A program made the position numbers and the translations under genes. A model generated the notes under the pieces. It was not told the origin of the DNA and ran no database searches. It saw only the letters and a program-made list of their open reading frames with translations. Shown here one piece after another: positions 52,202 through 64,000 of a DNA stretch of 64,000 nucleotides. Source of the stretch: Octopus vulgaris. Taxonomy: Eukaryota. Numbering within the stretch: position 1 is the stretch's first letter; each line of letters begins with the position of its first letter. The stretch covers positions 22,878,001 to 22,942,000 of the forward strand of contig OX597816.1 of the NCBI GenBank assembly GCA_951406725.2. The letters are read 5' to 3'.

Positions 52202-52827
52202 ACTATTATTATTATTATTACTTTTTTCTTCTTCTTTCAAATTTGCTTCCATTTCTTGCAAAGTGTCTTCCCGACTCCTAGGGCAAAGAAACTCATAGTA
52301 TACATTGGTAAGCCATTAAACCAAACTCAATAGTTCGTTCATTTGCCCGACTAAAGGCGGTGATCCAGCGTGGCCGCAGTCAAATGACTGAAACAAGTAA
52401 AAGAGTAAAAGAGTAAAAGAGTAAATATGTATGTCCCCACATGCATAAGTACACCATGATATATACACATGCAGACGAGGGTCGATTCATATGAAAAATA
52501 AAGTGAACAAAATAATATGACGACTCGCTTACCAAGAAATTTGTATGTTCGATTTAAAAATTATTTTTAAATATCACCATTATAATTATCTATAATCCGG
52601 TGAAATTAAGAAATCAAGCAGTAAATAAACGAAACCTTCGAATCCATCACTGTACAAACACACAGGCACACACAAACACGCGCACACAGTTGCATATTTA
52701 TGTATGTATATCATTCAATTTTATTTCAAGATTTCTTGTCAATGGAGAAAAAGCAAGTTCTTAACCTATGATCAAGGCTCCTTTATTGAAATTTCTACAT
52801 CAACAGGCTATTATTGTTTGTATGTAC

Positions 52828-52858
<31 letters not shown>

Positions 52859-53441
52859 TGTATGTATGTATGTATGTATGTATGTATGTATGCATGTATG
52901 TATGTATGTAGGTGCAGATTAGTATGTTTAAAGTATATACATACATGCATAGAGTTACATATCTAGACATGCTCATATATATTTAAGTGATAAACTTTTG
53001 GAAAGTTTTACAGATTTTTACAGTTCCAGTGTTGGGTTGGATCTGTAATCTTCGAATTAGCTTTCTCCATTCTGGTTTTGAGAAGCCTAATTTCTCATGA
53101 TTGCTTTTCAGGTAGTGTGTTACATATTCCAGAGCCCCAATAATTAAAGTTATAAACCTGAACTTGTAATCTAGATAGAGTACCTGTAGATTTTTATGTA
53201 TGTATACAAATTTCTTGATAAGCGAGTCGTCATAAGCGAGTGTTCACTTTATTTTTCATATGAATCGACCCTCGTCTGCATGTGTATATATCATGGTGTA
53301 CTTATGCATATCGATACATGTGGGGACATATTTACTCTTTTACTCTTTTACTCTTTTACTTGTTTCAGTCATTTGCCTGCAGCCACGCTGGGTCACCGCC
53401 TTTAGTCGGGCAAATCGACCCCGGGACTTATTCTTTGTATG

Positions 53442-53475
<34 letters not shown>

Positions 53476-54202
53476 TGTATGTATGTATGTATGTATGTAT
53501 GTATGCATGTATGTATTATGTAGCCATACGTGCCTGTGCGCATAGGTACACCATGATCCATACACACGCAGACGACGGTCGATATATATGAAAAAGAAAT
53601 TGTACAAAATTATATGACCATTTGCTTTTCCGGAAATTTGTAATTTGTTTTTAAAGATAATCTAAATAAATGTTCATTTTGAGTGACTCACCCTGTGAGT
53701 ACTTCTGCTAAATGTAGTATAAATCCGTTCAGCCGTTTTCCATTAATTTTGCAAACACACGGACAACAAAGACGAGTGATTACAATACCCTGATTTCTTC
53801 GCTTATATACGGACGGCAATAAACAGACTAAGAACTTGCAGGTGGGACACAGTTAGAAATTTCTTCAGCAGCATAGCCTTTCTCGCTTAAAAGGTCCCTG
53901 AATAAAGGTTGTTTAAGTTTGAAGAACGAAAAACCCATCTTTCCAGAGGTAAATTATTCAAATCCCAACGAATGTCTTTCAAACCATAACTATTATGCTG
54001 CCCCACTACACCCGCTCGGGATTAGAGATGGGCATATCGTCAACCACCGATAAACATATATATATATATATAATTTATACAGAAAAAGATAAAATCATTC
54101 ATGATGTTATCAGCTAGTAGACACGAAAATATAAAAGAAAATTGTATTTGTAGATTATTTGTAGGTAAATTCTATATTAAGAATTATATACAGAATTATA
54201 TG

Positions 54203-54371
<169 letters not shown>

Positions 54372-54491
54372 GTTAATCCAAACAAGAAAACAAAGACGAA
54401 ACAAACACAACAACGCAAGGACGTGGAACAAATAAAGTATTATTGGACGCTCAGAAAAGAAGGGTAGAAGAAGGATTTATATATATATATA

Positions 54492-54560
<69 letters not shown>

Positions 54561-54643
54561 GTGAAAAGGAACACACGAGTTGATATATATGAAAAAACAA
54601 GTAAAAAATAGAAAATGCTAAAATAATTTTATAGTGAACATTT

Positions 54644-54681
54644 CAGTACCGGTTTCGGTCATTTTGAGACCTTTTCAACTG
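54644..54681 (-). ncRNA. Minimal hammerhead variant with U3-A8 core (inverted copy)
   Basis: Reverse complement of 55461-55498. Confidence 0.66.
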
Positions 54682-55460
54682 TAACGATTAAATAATTAAA
54701 TTTAGAAAAATTAGAAGAAAAGTTTTTTTAAAAGAATATTTCTATAGTAGTGTTCAGATTTAAGTGGCATTCTGCCTTTCTCTGACTCCCTTGTTTGCAC
54801 TTGTGTGTTGGAGGTAGTTGTGAGTTCTTGGTAGGGTAGTAGAGGGAAGGCTGGTGAAAAAGGGGGGTGGGAGAATCTGGGAGTGCCCTGATGGTCGTAT
54901 TTTGAATGGTCAGTGGCGGCTGGCAGTCTCAGTTCAATTCAGGAGAATATTTATATTGACAGGCTTGTTTATAGAATTAGCGTAGGTGTTATACTAAAAA
55001 ACATTAGTGACAAACTTAAGGGGTAGGGGGTGGAGAAGAAGAAGAAGAAGAAGAAGAAGAAGAAGGAGAAGGAGAAGATGACGATGATGGTGATGGTGGT
55101 GATGATTATGACGACGATGATGATGATAATGATGATGATGAAGAAGAAGAAGAAGAAGAAGGAGGAGAAGGAGAAGATGGTGGTGATGATGGTGGTGATG
55201 ATGATGACGCCGATGATGATGATAATGATGATGATGAAGAAGACGACCATCAGGGCACTCCCAGATTCTCCCACCCCCCTTTCCTCACCAGCCTTCCCTC
55301 TACTACCCTACCAAGAACTCACAACTACCTCCAACACACAAGTGCAAACAAGGGAGTCAGAGAAAGGCAGAATGCCACTTAAATCTGAACACTACTATAG
55401 AAATATTCTTTTAAAAAAACTTTTCTTCTAATTTTTCTAAATTTAATTATTTAATCGTTA

Positions 55461-55498
55461 CAGTTGAAAAGGTCTCAAAATGACCGAAACCGGTACTG
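55461..55498 (+). ncRNA. Minimal hammerhead variant with U3-A8 core
   Basis: CAG TTGAAAA GGTC TCAAAAT GACC GAAAC CG GTA CTG; stem III palindrome ACCGGT. Confidence 0.68.
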
Positions 55499-55547
55499 AA
55501 ATGTTCACTATAAAATTATTTTAGCATTTTCTATTTTTTACTTGTTT

Positions 55548-55618
<71 letters not shown>

Positions 55619-55723
55619 TAGATATATATAGATATATATATATAGATATATATATATATATATATATATATAGATATATAGATATATATATATAGATATA
55701 TAGATATATAGATATATATATAT

Positions 55724-55789
<66 letters not shown>

Positions 55790-55900
55790 TATAGATATAG
55801 ATATATAGATATATATATAGTTATATATATATATATAGATATATATATCTATATAGATATATATAGTTATATATATAGATATATATATAGATATATATAA

Positions 55901-56001
<101 letters not shown>

Positions 56002-56015
56002 TGTATATATATATA

Positions 56016-56195
<180 letters not shown>

Positions 56196-56199
56196 TATA

Positions 56200-59003
56200 T
56201 ATTGATTGATTGATTGATTGATTGATTCTAGTTTCAGCTTATGAGCTGTGGCCATGCTGGGGCACCGCCATTTGGTGTCGCCACTTGGTTTCACTTCATG
56301 GAGGCTTTCTAGCAACTGCTATTTGGTGCATGAGAGAGTTCGATGCAGCTGCCCTCATCTGCCCCTCCTGCCGTGAAGTTGGTTCATCTGGGACACCTGA
56401 CAGGAAGAGATCCAGCTTCATTTTAAAGACATCTGTATCCACCCCATGCAGGTCTCTCAGGTTCTTCGAGAGGATATTGAAGAGCTGTGGGCCTCGGAAG
56501 CCCAGGCTATCACAGAATCTTGTCCTACATCTTGATGGCAGGTTTGGAGTCCTAGGCACCACGCAGTGGCGCCCAGTTCTGGCATTTGCGTAACTCTCGA
56601 TGCCAAAGTTCAGGATACTTCCCTCCAGGATCTTCCAGATGTATATTATGGCATATCTTTCCCGCCTACGCTCCAGGGAATATAGTTTTAATCTCTTGAG
56701 TCTTTCCCAGTAGCTTACATTCTGTATAGAGACTATCTTCTTCGTGTAGCTTCGTTGGATCGCCTCAAGTTCTGTGATCAACTTGACACTGGATGGTGAC
56801 CATAGCTGAGAGCAATAGTCAAAGTGGCTTAGGACAAGTGTCTTCCAGAGGACCATCATGGTTTCTTGTTCTCTTGTTCTAAAGGTTCTAAGAATCCATC
56901 CAGCCAGCCGTCTACATTTCATTGTCAGTTTAGCAACATGTACATGAAAGGTCGCGTCATCACTCATGTGAATACCCAGGTCACGCACTGATTGTGCCTC
57001 TGGGATTGCAATCCCTCCGGGTCCAGTGTATTCATTGGGTATTGCATTCAGTTTTGCATGCTGATAGTATAAAGCTTGAAACTTTCCAGCATTGAACTGC
57101 ATGCTATTCTTTTCAGCCCACTTGTATATTTCGTCCAGCTCACATTGCAGGTGTTTAGTGTCCTCAGGGTTCTGTATTGCCTGTGAAACTTTTGTATCAT
57201 CTGCATAACTTGTGATCGTGGCTCTCTGCGTGGCTGAGGGCATGTCTGAGAGGGCCATTATGAACAGTAGTGGTCCCAGAACAGTGCCCTGCGGAACACC
57301 GCTCACTATTTGTGTGTTAATGGAGGTGGCCCCATTGGCTACTACCACCTGACTTCTATCCTTCAGAAAGTCATGAAGCCATTCTCCCAGTTTTCCAACT
57401 ATGTTGAGATCACGCAGTTTGTGACATATCATTCCATGATCGACTTTATCAAAGGCCTTTGCAAAGTCGAGATATATCACTTCCACATTTGAGTGGTTGA
57501 GCAGCCGTTTCAGCACCCAGTCATAGTGTTGTAGGAGCTGAGTTAAACAGCTTCTCCCTGGTCGGAAACCATGTTGGGTGTCGGGCAGCAAGTCATTCTC
57601 TTCAAGGAAGGTGATCAGCTTCCTTCTGACTATTCGTTCCATGACCTTGCTGATGTGTGAGGTCAGAGAGATAGGTCTATAGTTCTTGGCTTCCGCTCTG
57701 CTACCTCCTTTATGAATGGGGCATATTTTACCTTCCTTCAGTTTTCCTGGAAGTTTGCCAGCTGCAAGGAAGCTCTGAAAGAGGAACTGCAGTGGTCTTG
57801 CTAGGACTCTCTTACATGCTTTTAGGAGGATTGCCGGGAATCCATCGGGGCCAGTAGCTGAGTCTGTTTTCATTTCATCTATAGCCTTGGTTACATCGTC
57901 TTCCTTTATATCGATGTAATCTATCGTCGCCGCCTCTGATTTTATATCTGCAGTGGTAAAAAAGTCAGTTGGATTGGTGATTTGGAGATGCCCAAGGGGT
58001 GGAGTGAAAACACTCTTGAATTGCTCATTCAGTATTTCACTTACCCTCATTGGTTTTCCTGTAAGTGTGCCATCCTTTTCGAGGAGTGGCCCTATTCTAC
58101 AGTGCACTGTAGCTGTTTCTTTGGCATACCTGTAGAAAGCTCTGGGGTTAGATTTTATGTTTTCTATAGCCCAAGCTTCTTTGTCTGCTCTTTCTTTTTC
58201 ATGGGAGAGTTGCAGACATTTTTCGATTTCCAACAGTTTTATTTTTAGGCGGGACTTTTCACTGCTTTCAATCTGTTTGTTTAGGCGATTTGAAAATTTC
58301 GTACGCCGTCGCATTAAAATTTTCCTCTCTCTGGGGATTTTGTTCTTGTGTACAGTGGCCTTTCTCTCTGGGACACATTTGTAGCATATGGCTTGCATTA
58401 CAGACATGAATTGTTGAAGTTTCACGTCGATGTCTGGCGAGGAGAGACATTTAGGCCAGTTTTGTTTGAGGATCTCTTTCTCAATTTGTTTCCAGTTTGC
58501 CTTATGGTAGTTCAAGCTGGAAAGATTTTGAGGGTTTCTTGTAGGCTGCATGTCCGTGTTCTCTTTTGGCCCGTACATGGTCAGCTCTATCATGTTGTGA
58601 TCCGAGAGTAGTGTCGGTGTCACTTTCACATTATGGATGAGATCCATGTCATTTGTGAAGCAGAGATCCAGTGTGTTACCTGCCCTGGTTGGTTGGAGTA
58701 TTACCTGCTCCATGTACAGGGTGTTGATGAGGTTCAGGAGGGACCTCGCCTGTCCTCGTTCACATCTTGTCATTCCTGGGAGAGAAAGGCCCTCGGGCCA
58801 TCTGACATTGGGCAGATTGAAGTCTCCCATAAGAAGCACACCTGTGTGTTGTTCTAATGTGGTTAGAATTTCTTTTATTTTTATAAGGCAGTCTTCAAAC
58901 TTGCCCACATGGCTTGGGGCATCTGGAGGGCGATATGTAGCACACACAACTACATCAAGTTGCCTAATATGTACAATTAGTGGGTAACACACCGAGTTTG
59001 AGT
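56200..59003 (-). mobile_element. CR1-group LINE, 5'-truncated, with (ATCA)n tail
   Basis: Uninterrupted ORF2 fragment 56296-58992, short 3' UTR and (ATTG)n at 56200-56227; inserted in (TA)n. Confidence 0.93.
56296..58992 (-). CDS. LINE ORF2 fragment: partial AP endonuclease plus reverse transcriptase
   Basis: YRPP, GDFN, PTR.GN.LDL, SDH (APE); [44 protein letters not shown] (RT); [11 protein letters not shown]-terminus. The N-terminal start is a truncation, not a real start. Confidence 0.9.
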   Translation of the reverse strand: MCYPLIVHIRQLDVVVCATYRPPDAPSHVGKFEDCLIKIKEILTTLEQHTGVLLMGDFNLPNVRWPEGLSLPGMTRCERGQARSLLNLINTLYMEQVILQPTRAGNTLDLCFTNDMDLIHNVKVTPTLLSDHNMIELTMYGPKENTDMQPTRNPQNLSSLNYHKANWKQIEKEILKQNWPKCLSSPDIDVKLQQFMSVMQAICYKCVPERKATVHKNKIPRERKILMRRRTKFSNRLNKQIESSEKSRLKIKLLEIEKCLQLSHEKERADKEAWAIENIKSNPRAFYRYAKETATVHCRIGPLLEKDGTLTGKPMRVSEILNEQFKSVFTPPLGHLQITNPTDFFTTADIKSEAATIDYIDIKEDDVTKAIDEMKTDSATGPDGFPAILLKACKRVLARPLQFLFQSFLAAGKLPGKLKEGKICPIHKGGSRAEAKNYRPISLTSHISKVMERIVRRKLITFLEENDLLPDTQHGFRPGRSCLTQLLQHYDWVLKRLLNHSNVEVIYLDFAKAFDKVDHGMICHKLRDLNIVGKLGEWLHDFLKDRSQVVVANGATSINTQIVSGVPQGTVLGPLLFIMALSDMPSATQRATITSYADDTKVSQAIQNPEDTKHLQCELDEIYKWAEKNSMQFNAGKFQALYYQHAKLNAIPNEYTGPGGIAIPEAQSVRDLGIHMSDDATFHVHVAKLTMKCRRLAGWILRTFRTREQETMMVLWKTLVLSHFDYCSQLWSPSSVKLITELEAIQRSYTKKIVSIQNVSYWERLKRLKLYSLERRRERYAIIYIWKILEGSILNFGIESYANARTGRHCVVPRTPNLPSRCRTRFCDSLGFRGPQLFNILSKNLRDLHGVDTDVFKMKLDLFLSGVPDEPTSRQEGQMRAAASNSLMHQIAVARKPP

Positions 59004-59012
59004 ATCTATATA

Positions 59013-59060
<48 letters not shown>

Positions 59061-59081
59061 TATAGATATATATATAGATAT

Positions 59082-59132
<51 letters not shown>

Positions 59133-59163
59133 TATATAGATATATATATATAGATGTATATAT

Positions 59164-59202
<39 letters not shown>

Positions 59203-59297
59203 TATAGATATATATATAGATATATATGTATATATATAGATATATATATAGATATATATATATAGATATATAGATAGATATATATATATATATATAT

Positions 59298-59394
<97 letters not shown>

Positions 59395-59460
59395 TATATA
59401 TAGATATATAATTTATAGATATATATAGATATATATATATAGATATATATATATAGATAT

Positions 59461-59519
59461 ATACTTTGATAGGTTTCGGCCATTATTGGCCTAGGCCATG
59501 TCTAACTTAATAGCACCAC
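59461..59519 (-). mobile_element. ~60-bp 3'-terminal fragment of the 62587 LINE family
   Basis: ATACTTTGATAGGTTTCGGCCATTATTGGCC..AATAGCACCAC matches 62602-62660. Confidence 0.85.
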
Positions 59520-59521
59520 AT

Positions 59522-59728
<207 letters not shown>

Positions 59729-60466
59729 TATATATATATAGATAGATAGATAGATATATATGTAGATAGATAGATATATATATATAGATAGATAGATATA
59801 TATATATAGATAGATATATATATATAGATAGAGAGATATATATATATATATAGATAGAAATATATATATATAGATAGATATATATATATATAGATAGATA
59901 GATATATATAGATAGATAGATATATATATATATATATAGTTATCCGTAATAATGAAGGGTGAAATTAATTAATTTGGAATAATTATCAATTACACCAAGT
60001 AGTCTTCGGCATGTAAAAGTCTCATTCGAGGAAAATTTAAGTAATACTAAGCAATAAGGGTTCAGCAACGAATTGCCTTACCACATACCGAATTTAGAAA
60101 TAGCAGTCAAAGGGTTATAGCTATTTCTTCTACTAAAAAGGGAGATCTCAGTAAAAACAGCAATTGGAAGGCTGACACAAACAGGTAAGAGAGAATGAAT
60201 TGACTGCAATCTATCATACATTTTTTAAGTTATTAATTAATTTCACCCTTCATTATTACGGATAACCATATTTTATCTCAGTAGATGACCACAGCATCTT
60301 GTTTTGGCTACACGCGGGTGGGAAGGGGCTGTTGACACAATCGTTTCATTCACAAATTTGAATTCGGTGATACTAGTTGCGGATTCTAGCTCGCTCTGAT
60401 ACTGAGTTGAGTTGGTGCCTCCTAGTATCTCAAAATTCAATATATAATCATTTATGATTATAGTAT

Positions 60467-60573
60467 TCTACGCTGAAGAGAAAAGAAGTTTCGGTAAGAT
60501 AGAATTATTTAATATTTAATATTTAATTCTTATGCTTTCCTAAAAACTTGATTTCGAAACGTACGTCCGTAGA
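60467..60573 (+). ncRNA. Type I hammerhead ribozyme motif (601-bp unit, copy 1)
   Basis: Stem I TCTACG/CGTAGA; CTGAAGA (60473-79); long stem II closed by GAAA/TTTC with AAGTTT/AAACTT and GAATTA/TAATTC; GAAAC; palindromic stem III ACGTACGT; GTC cleavage triplet ending at 60567. Confidence 0.88.
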
Positions 60574-61067
60574 TAACTTAAAAAATGTATGATAGATTGC
60601 AGTCAATTCATTCTCTCTTACCTGTTTGTGTCAGCCTTCCAATTGCTGTTTTTACTGAGATCTCCCTTTTTAGTAGAAGAAATAGCTATAACCCTTTGAC
60701 TGCTATTTCTAAATTCGGTATGTGGTAAGGCAATTCGTTGCTGAACCCTTATTGCTTAGTATTACTTAAATTTTCCTCGAATGAGACTTTTACATGCCGA
60801 AGACTACTTGGTGTAATTGATAATTATTCCAAATTAATTAATTTCACCCTTCATTATTACGGATAACCATATTTTATCTCAGTAGATGACCACAGCATCT
60901 TGTTTTGGCTACACGCGGGTGGGAAGGGGCTGTTGACACAATCGTTTCATTCACAAATTTGAATTCGGTGATACTAGTTGCGGATTCTAGCTCGCTCTGA
61001 TACTGAGTTGAGTTGGTGCCTCCTAGTATCTCAAAATTCAATATATAATCATTTATGATTATAGTAT

Positions 61068-61174
61068 TCTACGCTGAAGAGAAAAGAAGTTTCGGTAAGA
61101 TAGAATTATTTAATATTTAATATTTAATTCTTATGCTTTCCTAAAAACTTGATTTCGAAACGTACGTCCGTAGA
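61068..61174 (+). ncRNA. Type I hammerhead ribozyme motif (601-bp unit, copy 2)
   Basis: Identical copy, +601. Confidence 0.86.
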
Positions 61175-61376
61175 TAACTTAAAAAATGTATGATAGATTG
61201 CAGTCAATTCATTCTCTCTTACCTGTTTGTGTCAGCCTTCCAATTGCTGTTTTTACTGAGATCTCCTTTTTAGTAGAAGAAATAGCTATAACCCTTTGAC
61301 TGCTATTTCTAAATTCGGTATGTGGTAAGGCAATTCGTTGCTGAACCCTTATTGCTTAGTATTTATATATATATAT

Positions 61377-61422
<46 letters not shown>

Positions 61423-61585
61423 GTATAGAATTAATGTAGGGTGAAATCTTTTCGATTATGGTGATGGTGGTGATGATTATGACGACGATGATGATGATAA
61501 TGATGATGATGAAGAAGAAGAAGAAGAAGAAGAAGAAGGAGGAGGAGAAGATGGTGGTGATGATGGTGGTGATGATGATGACGCC

Positions 61586-61618
<33 letters not shown>

Positions 61619-61840
61619 GAAGACGACCATCAGGGCACTCCCAGATTCTCCCACCCCCCTTTCCTCACCAGCCTTCCCTCTACTACCCTACCAAGAACTC
61701 ACAACTACCTCCAACACACAAGTGCAAACAAGGGAGCCAGAGAAAGGCAGAATGCCACTTAAATCTGAACACTACTATAGAAATATTCTTTTAAAAAAAC
61801 TTTTCTTCTAATTTTTCTAAATTTAATTATTTAATCGTTA

Positions 61841-61878
61841 CAGTTGAAAAGGTCTCAAAATGACCGAAACCGGTACTG
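61841..61878 (+). ncRNA. Minimal hammerhead variant with U3-A8 core (third copy)
   Basis: Identical to 55461-55498. Confidence 0.66.
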
Positions 61879-61927
61879 AAATGTTCACTATAAAATTATT
61901 TTAGCATTTTCTATTTTTTACTTGTTT

Positions 61928-62078
<151 letters not shown>

Positions 62079-62139
62079 TAGATATATAGATATATATAGA
62101 TATATAAAGATATAGATATATATATATATATATATATAT

Positions 62140-62184
<45 letters not shown>

Positions 62185-62259
62185 TATATAGATATATATA
62201 TATAGATATATAGATATATATATATATAGATATATATAGATATATAGATATATATATAG

Positions 62260-62420
<161 letters not shown>

Positions 62421-62517
62421 TATATATATATAGATATAGATATATATAGATATATATATATATAGATATATATATAGATATATATAGATATATATATATA
62501 TAGATATATGTATATAT

Positions 62518-62586
<69 letters not shown>

Positions 62587-62588
<2 letters not shown>

Positions 62589-64000
62589 CTTTGATACTTT
62601 GATACTTTGATAGGTTTCGGCCATTATTGGCCCAGGCCATGTCTAACTTAATAGCACCACCTGGTGAAGTCTTTCAAGTCAGAATTTGGGCACTATGGCC
62701 CACTCAAGTAGAGAGTTATTGTTTACAGAGACATATCCGGGTGTAGGGGGTTTATCCGGGATTTCTTGAAGGAATCTGTCCAAAGACTTCTTGAACCCTA
62801 TAGGGTCAGTTTCTGTTTTAATGTGTTTTGGTGTAATGTTAAAGAGAGCGGGGCCAATTGAGGTGAAATAATTGTGCCGTATTGTTGTTATGAGATGAGA
62901 GTGCGATTTTTGTTTTGGGCGGATGGCACGGGGCCCAAGCCTTGGATGTACCTTAAAGGTGATGCCAACATCATTTGGGCAATGCTGATGGAATATTTTC
63001 CACATCATGCAGATGATGTAGCGCTCACGACGACGTTGGAGAGAATAGAGTTTTAGCTTTTCTAGTCGACCCCAATAGTCGAGGCCTGTCATGCCATCTA
63101 TCTTTTTTGTGATTGCCCTTTGAGGTGCTTCGACTTTTTTGATACCTTGTATTGTGTGGGGAGACCACAGTGGACAACAGTATTCAAGGTGGGGTCTGGC
63201 AAAAGTGGAGAAGAGAAGGATAATGGTGTGGATATCTCTCGACTGGAAAGTTCTGAGAATCCAGGAACACATTCTGCGGGCCATGTCAACTTTGGTGTTT
63301 ATATGAGTGGCCCAGCTTACGTTGTTGTCCACAATTACTCCCAAGTCTCTGATGTTGTTGGACGCCGCGAGAGTTTCACCTGAAGGAAGGGAGTATGGGA
63401 GTTTCAGGGCATCCTCTTTTCCAAAGTGGATTAGCTCAAATTTATCCTCGTTCAGCAGCATATTGTTTTTTTCTGCCCATTGGATAACAGCCAGTAGATC
63501 TGACTGAAGGCATGTCCGGTCACTCGCCTCATTTATGACCTTCTGTAGCTTGGAGTCATCTGCAAAGATTTTTATGTTGCTGTGCTTGATGATGTCATTA
63601 ATGTCATTAATGTAAATGATGAAAAGAAGTGGGCCCAGCACAGTGCCTTGCGGAACGCCACTACTGACTTTGGCTGGGCTTGATTTTACCCCTTCAACTA
63701 CAACATGTTGAGATCTGTCTGTCAGGAAACACTTAATCCATTTCAGTAACTTTCCAGAGACACCAATGTTGGATAGTTTTTTCAATAGGATCTTGTGATC
63801 GACCCTGTCGAAGGCCTTACTGAAATCAAGGTAGATGACATCGGTGTTGGAGCCCTCTCCCAAAGCTCTCAAAATGTCCTCAAAGTGATGCAGGAGCTGC
63901 GTTAGGCAGTCCCTTCCATTACGGAACCCATGTTGGTTGGAGATCAGCCGTCTGTTGCTTTCCAGAAATTGGGTTATTTGAGATCTCACCACCCTCTCAA
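62587..64000 (-). mobile_element. Second CR1-group LINE family, RT-encoding 3' part (ORF 62679 to beyond the window edge), (TCAAAGTA)n tail
   Basis: [31 protein letters not shown]; no stops; 8-bp tail repeat TACTTTGA x3 at 62587-62610. Confidence 0.92.

Larger units (their letters stand above)
54583..55560. mobile_element. Fold-back element with ~315-bp inverted arms (pLTR-like), each arm with a hammerhead variant
   Basis: 54583-54898 is the reverse complement of about 55243-55560; spacer with (GAA)n/(GAT)n; in (TA)n; right half repeated at 61458-61935. Confidence 0.85.
59939..61362. repeat. 601-bp tandem repeat (about 1.9 copies) preceded by an inverted partial copy; hammerhead-bearing
   Basis: TTTCACCCTT recurs at 60241 and 60842 (period 601); 59939-60233 is the reverse complement of about 60573-60868; flanked by (TA)n. 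Confidence 0.93.

Noticed and set aside
55030-55431. 133-aa ORF repeated at 61458-61811
   Set aside because: N-terminal half is triplet microsatellite and the rest is the non-coding fold-back arm.

Overview
AT-rich, microsatellite-dense animal genomic DNA; the SINE families suggest an octopod cephalopod (inference). The only host genes I can support are two minus-strand Toll-like receptor paralogues with uninterrupted 687-aa ORFs (13882-15945, 36445-38508). They lie in a ~21-22.5 kb tandem segmental duplication, with a diverged LRR ectodomain and a nearly identical TIR domain. The rest is mobile DNA: tRNA-derived SINEs, CR1-group, RTE and R4/Dong-like LINE pieces, Penelope-like RT and GIY-YIG remnants, and non-autonomous Helitrons. 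The most notable signal is a set of non-coding tandem and inverted ('fold-back') repeat elements inserted in (TA)n tracts that carry type I hammerhead ribozyme motifs. These are a 533-bp array with six hammerheads, a 601-bp array with two, a family with a compensatory U3-A8 core, a family with a CUGUnGA core, and a tRNA-headed hammerhead element. They look like a diverse Penelope-pLTR or retrozyme-like system. All motifs and coordinates were read by eye; ribozyme activity is untested and repeat boundaries are approximate.
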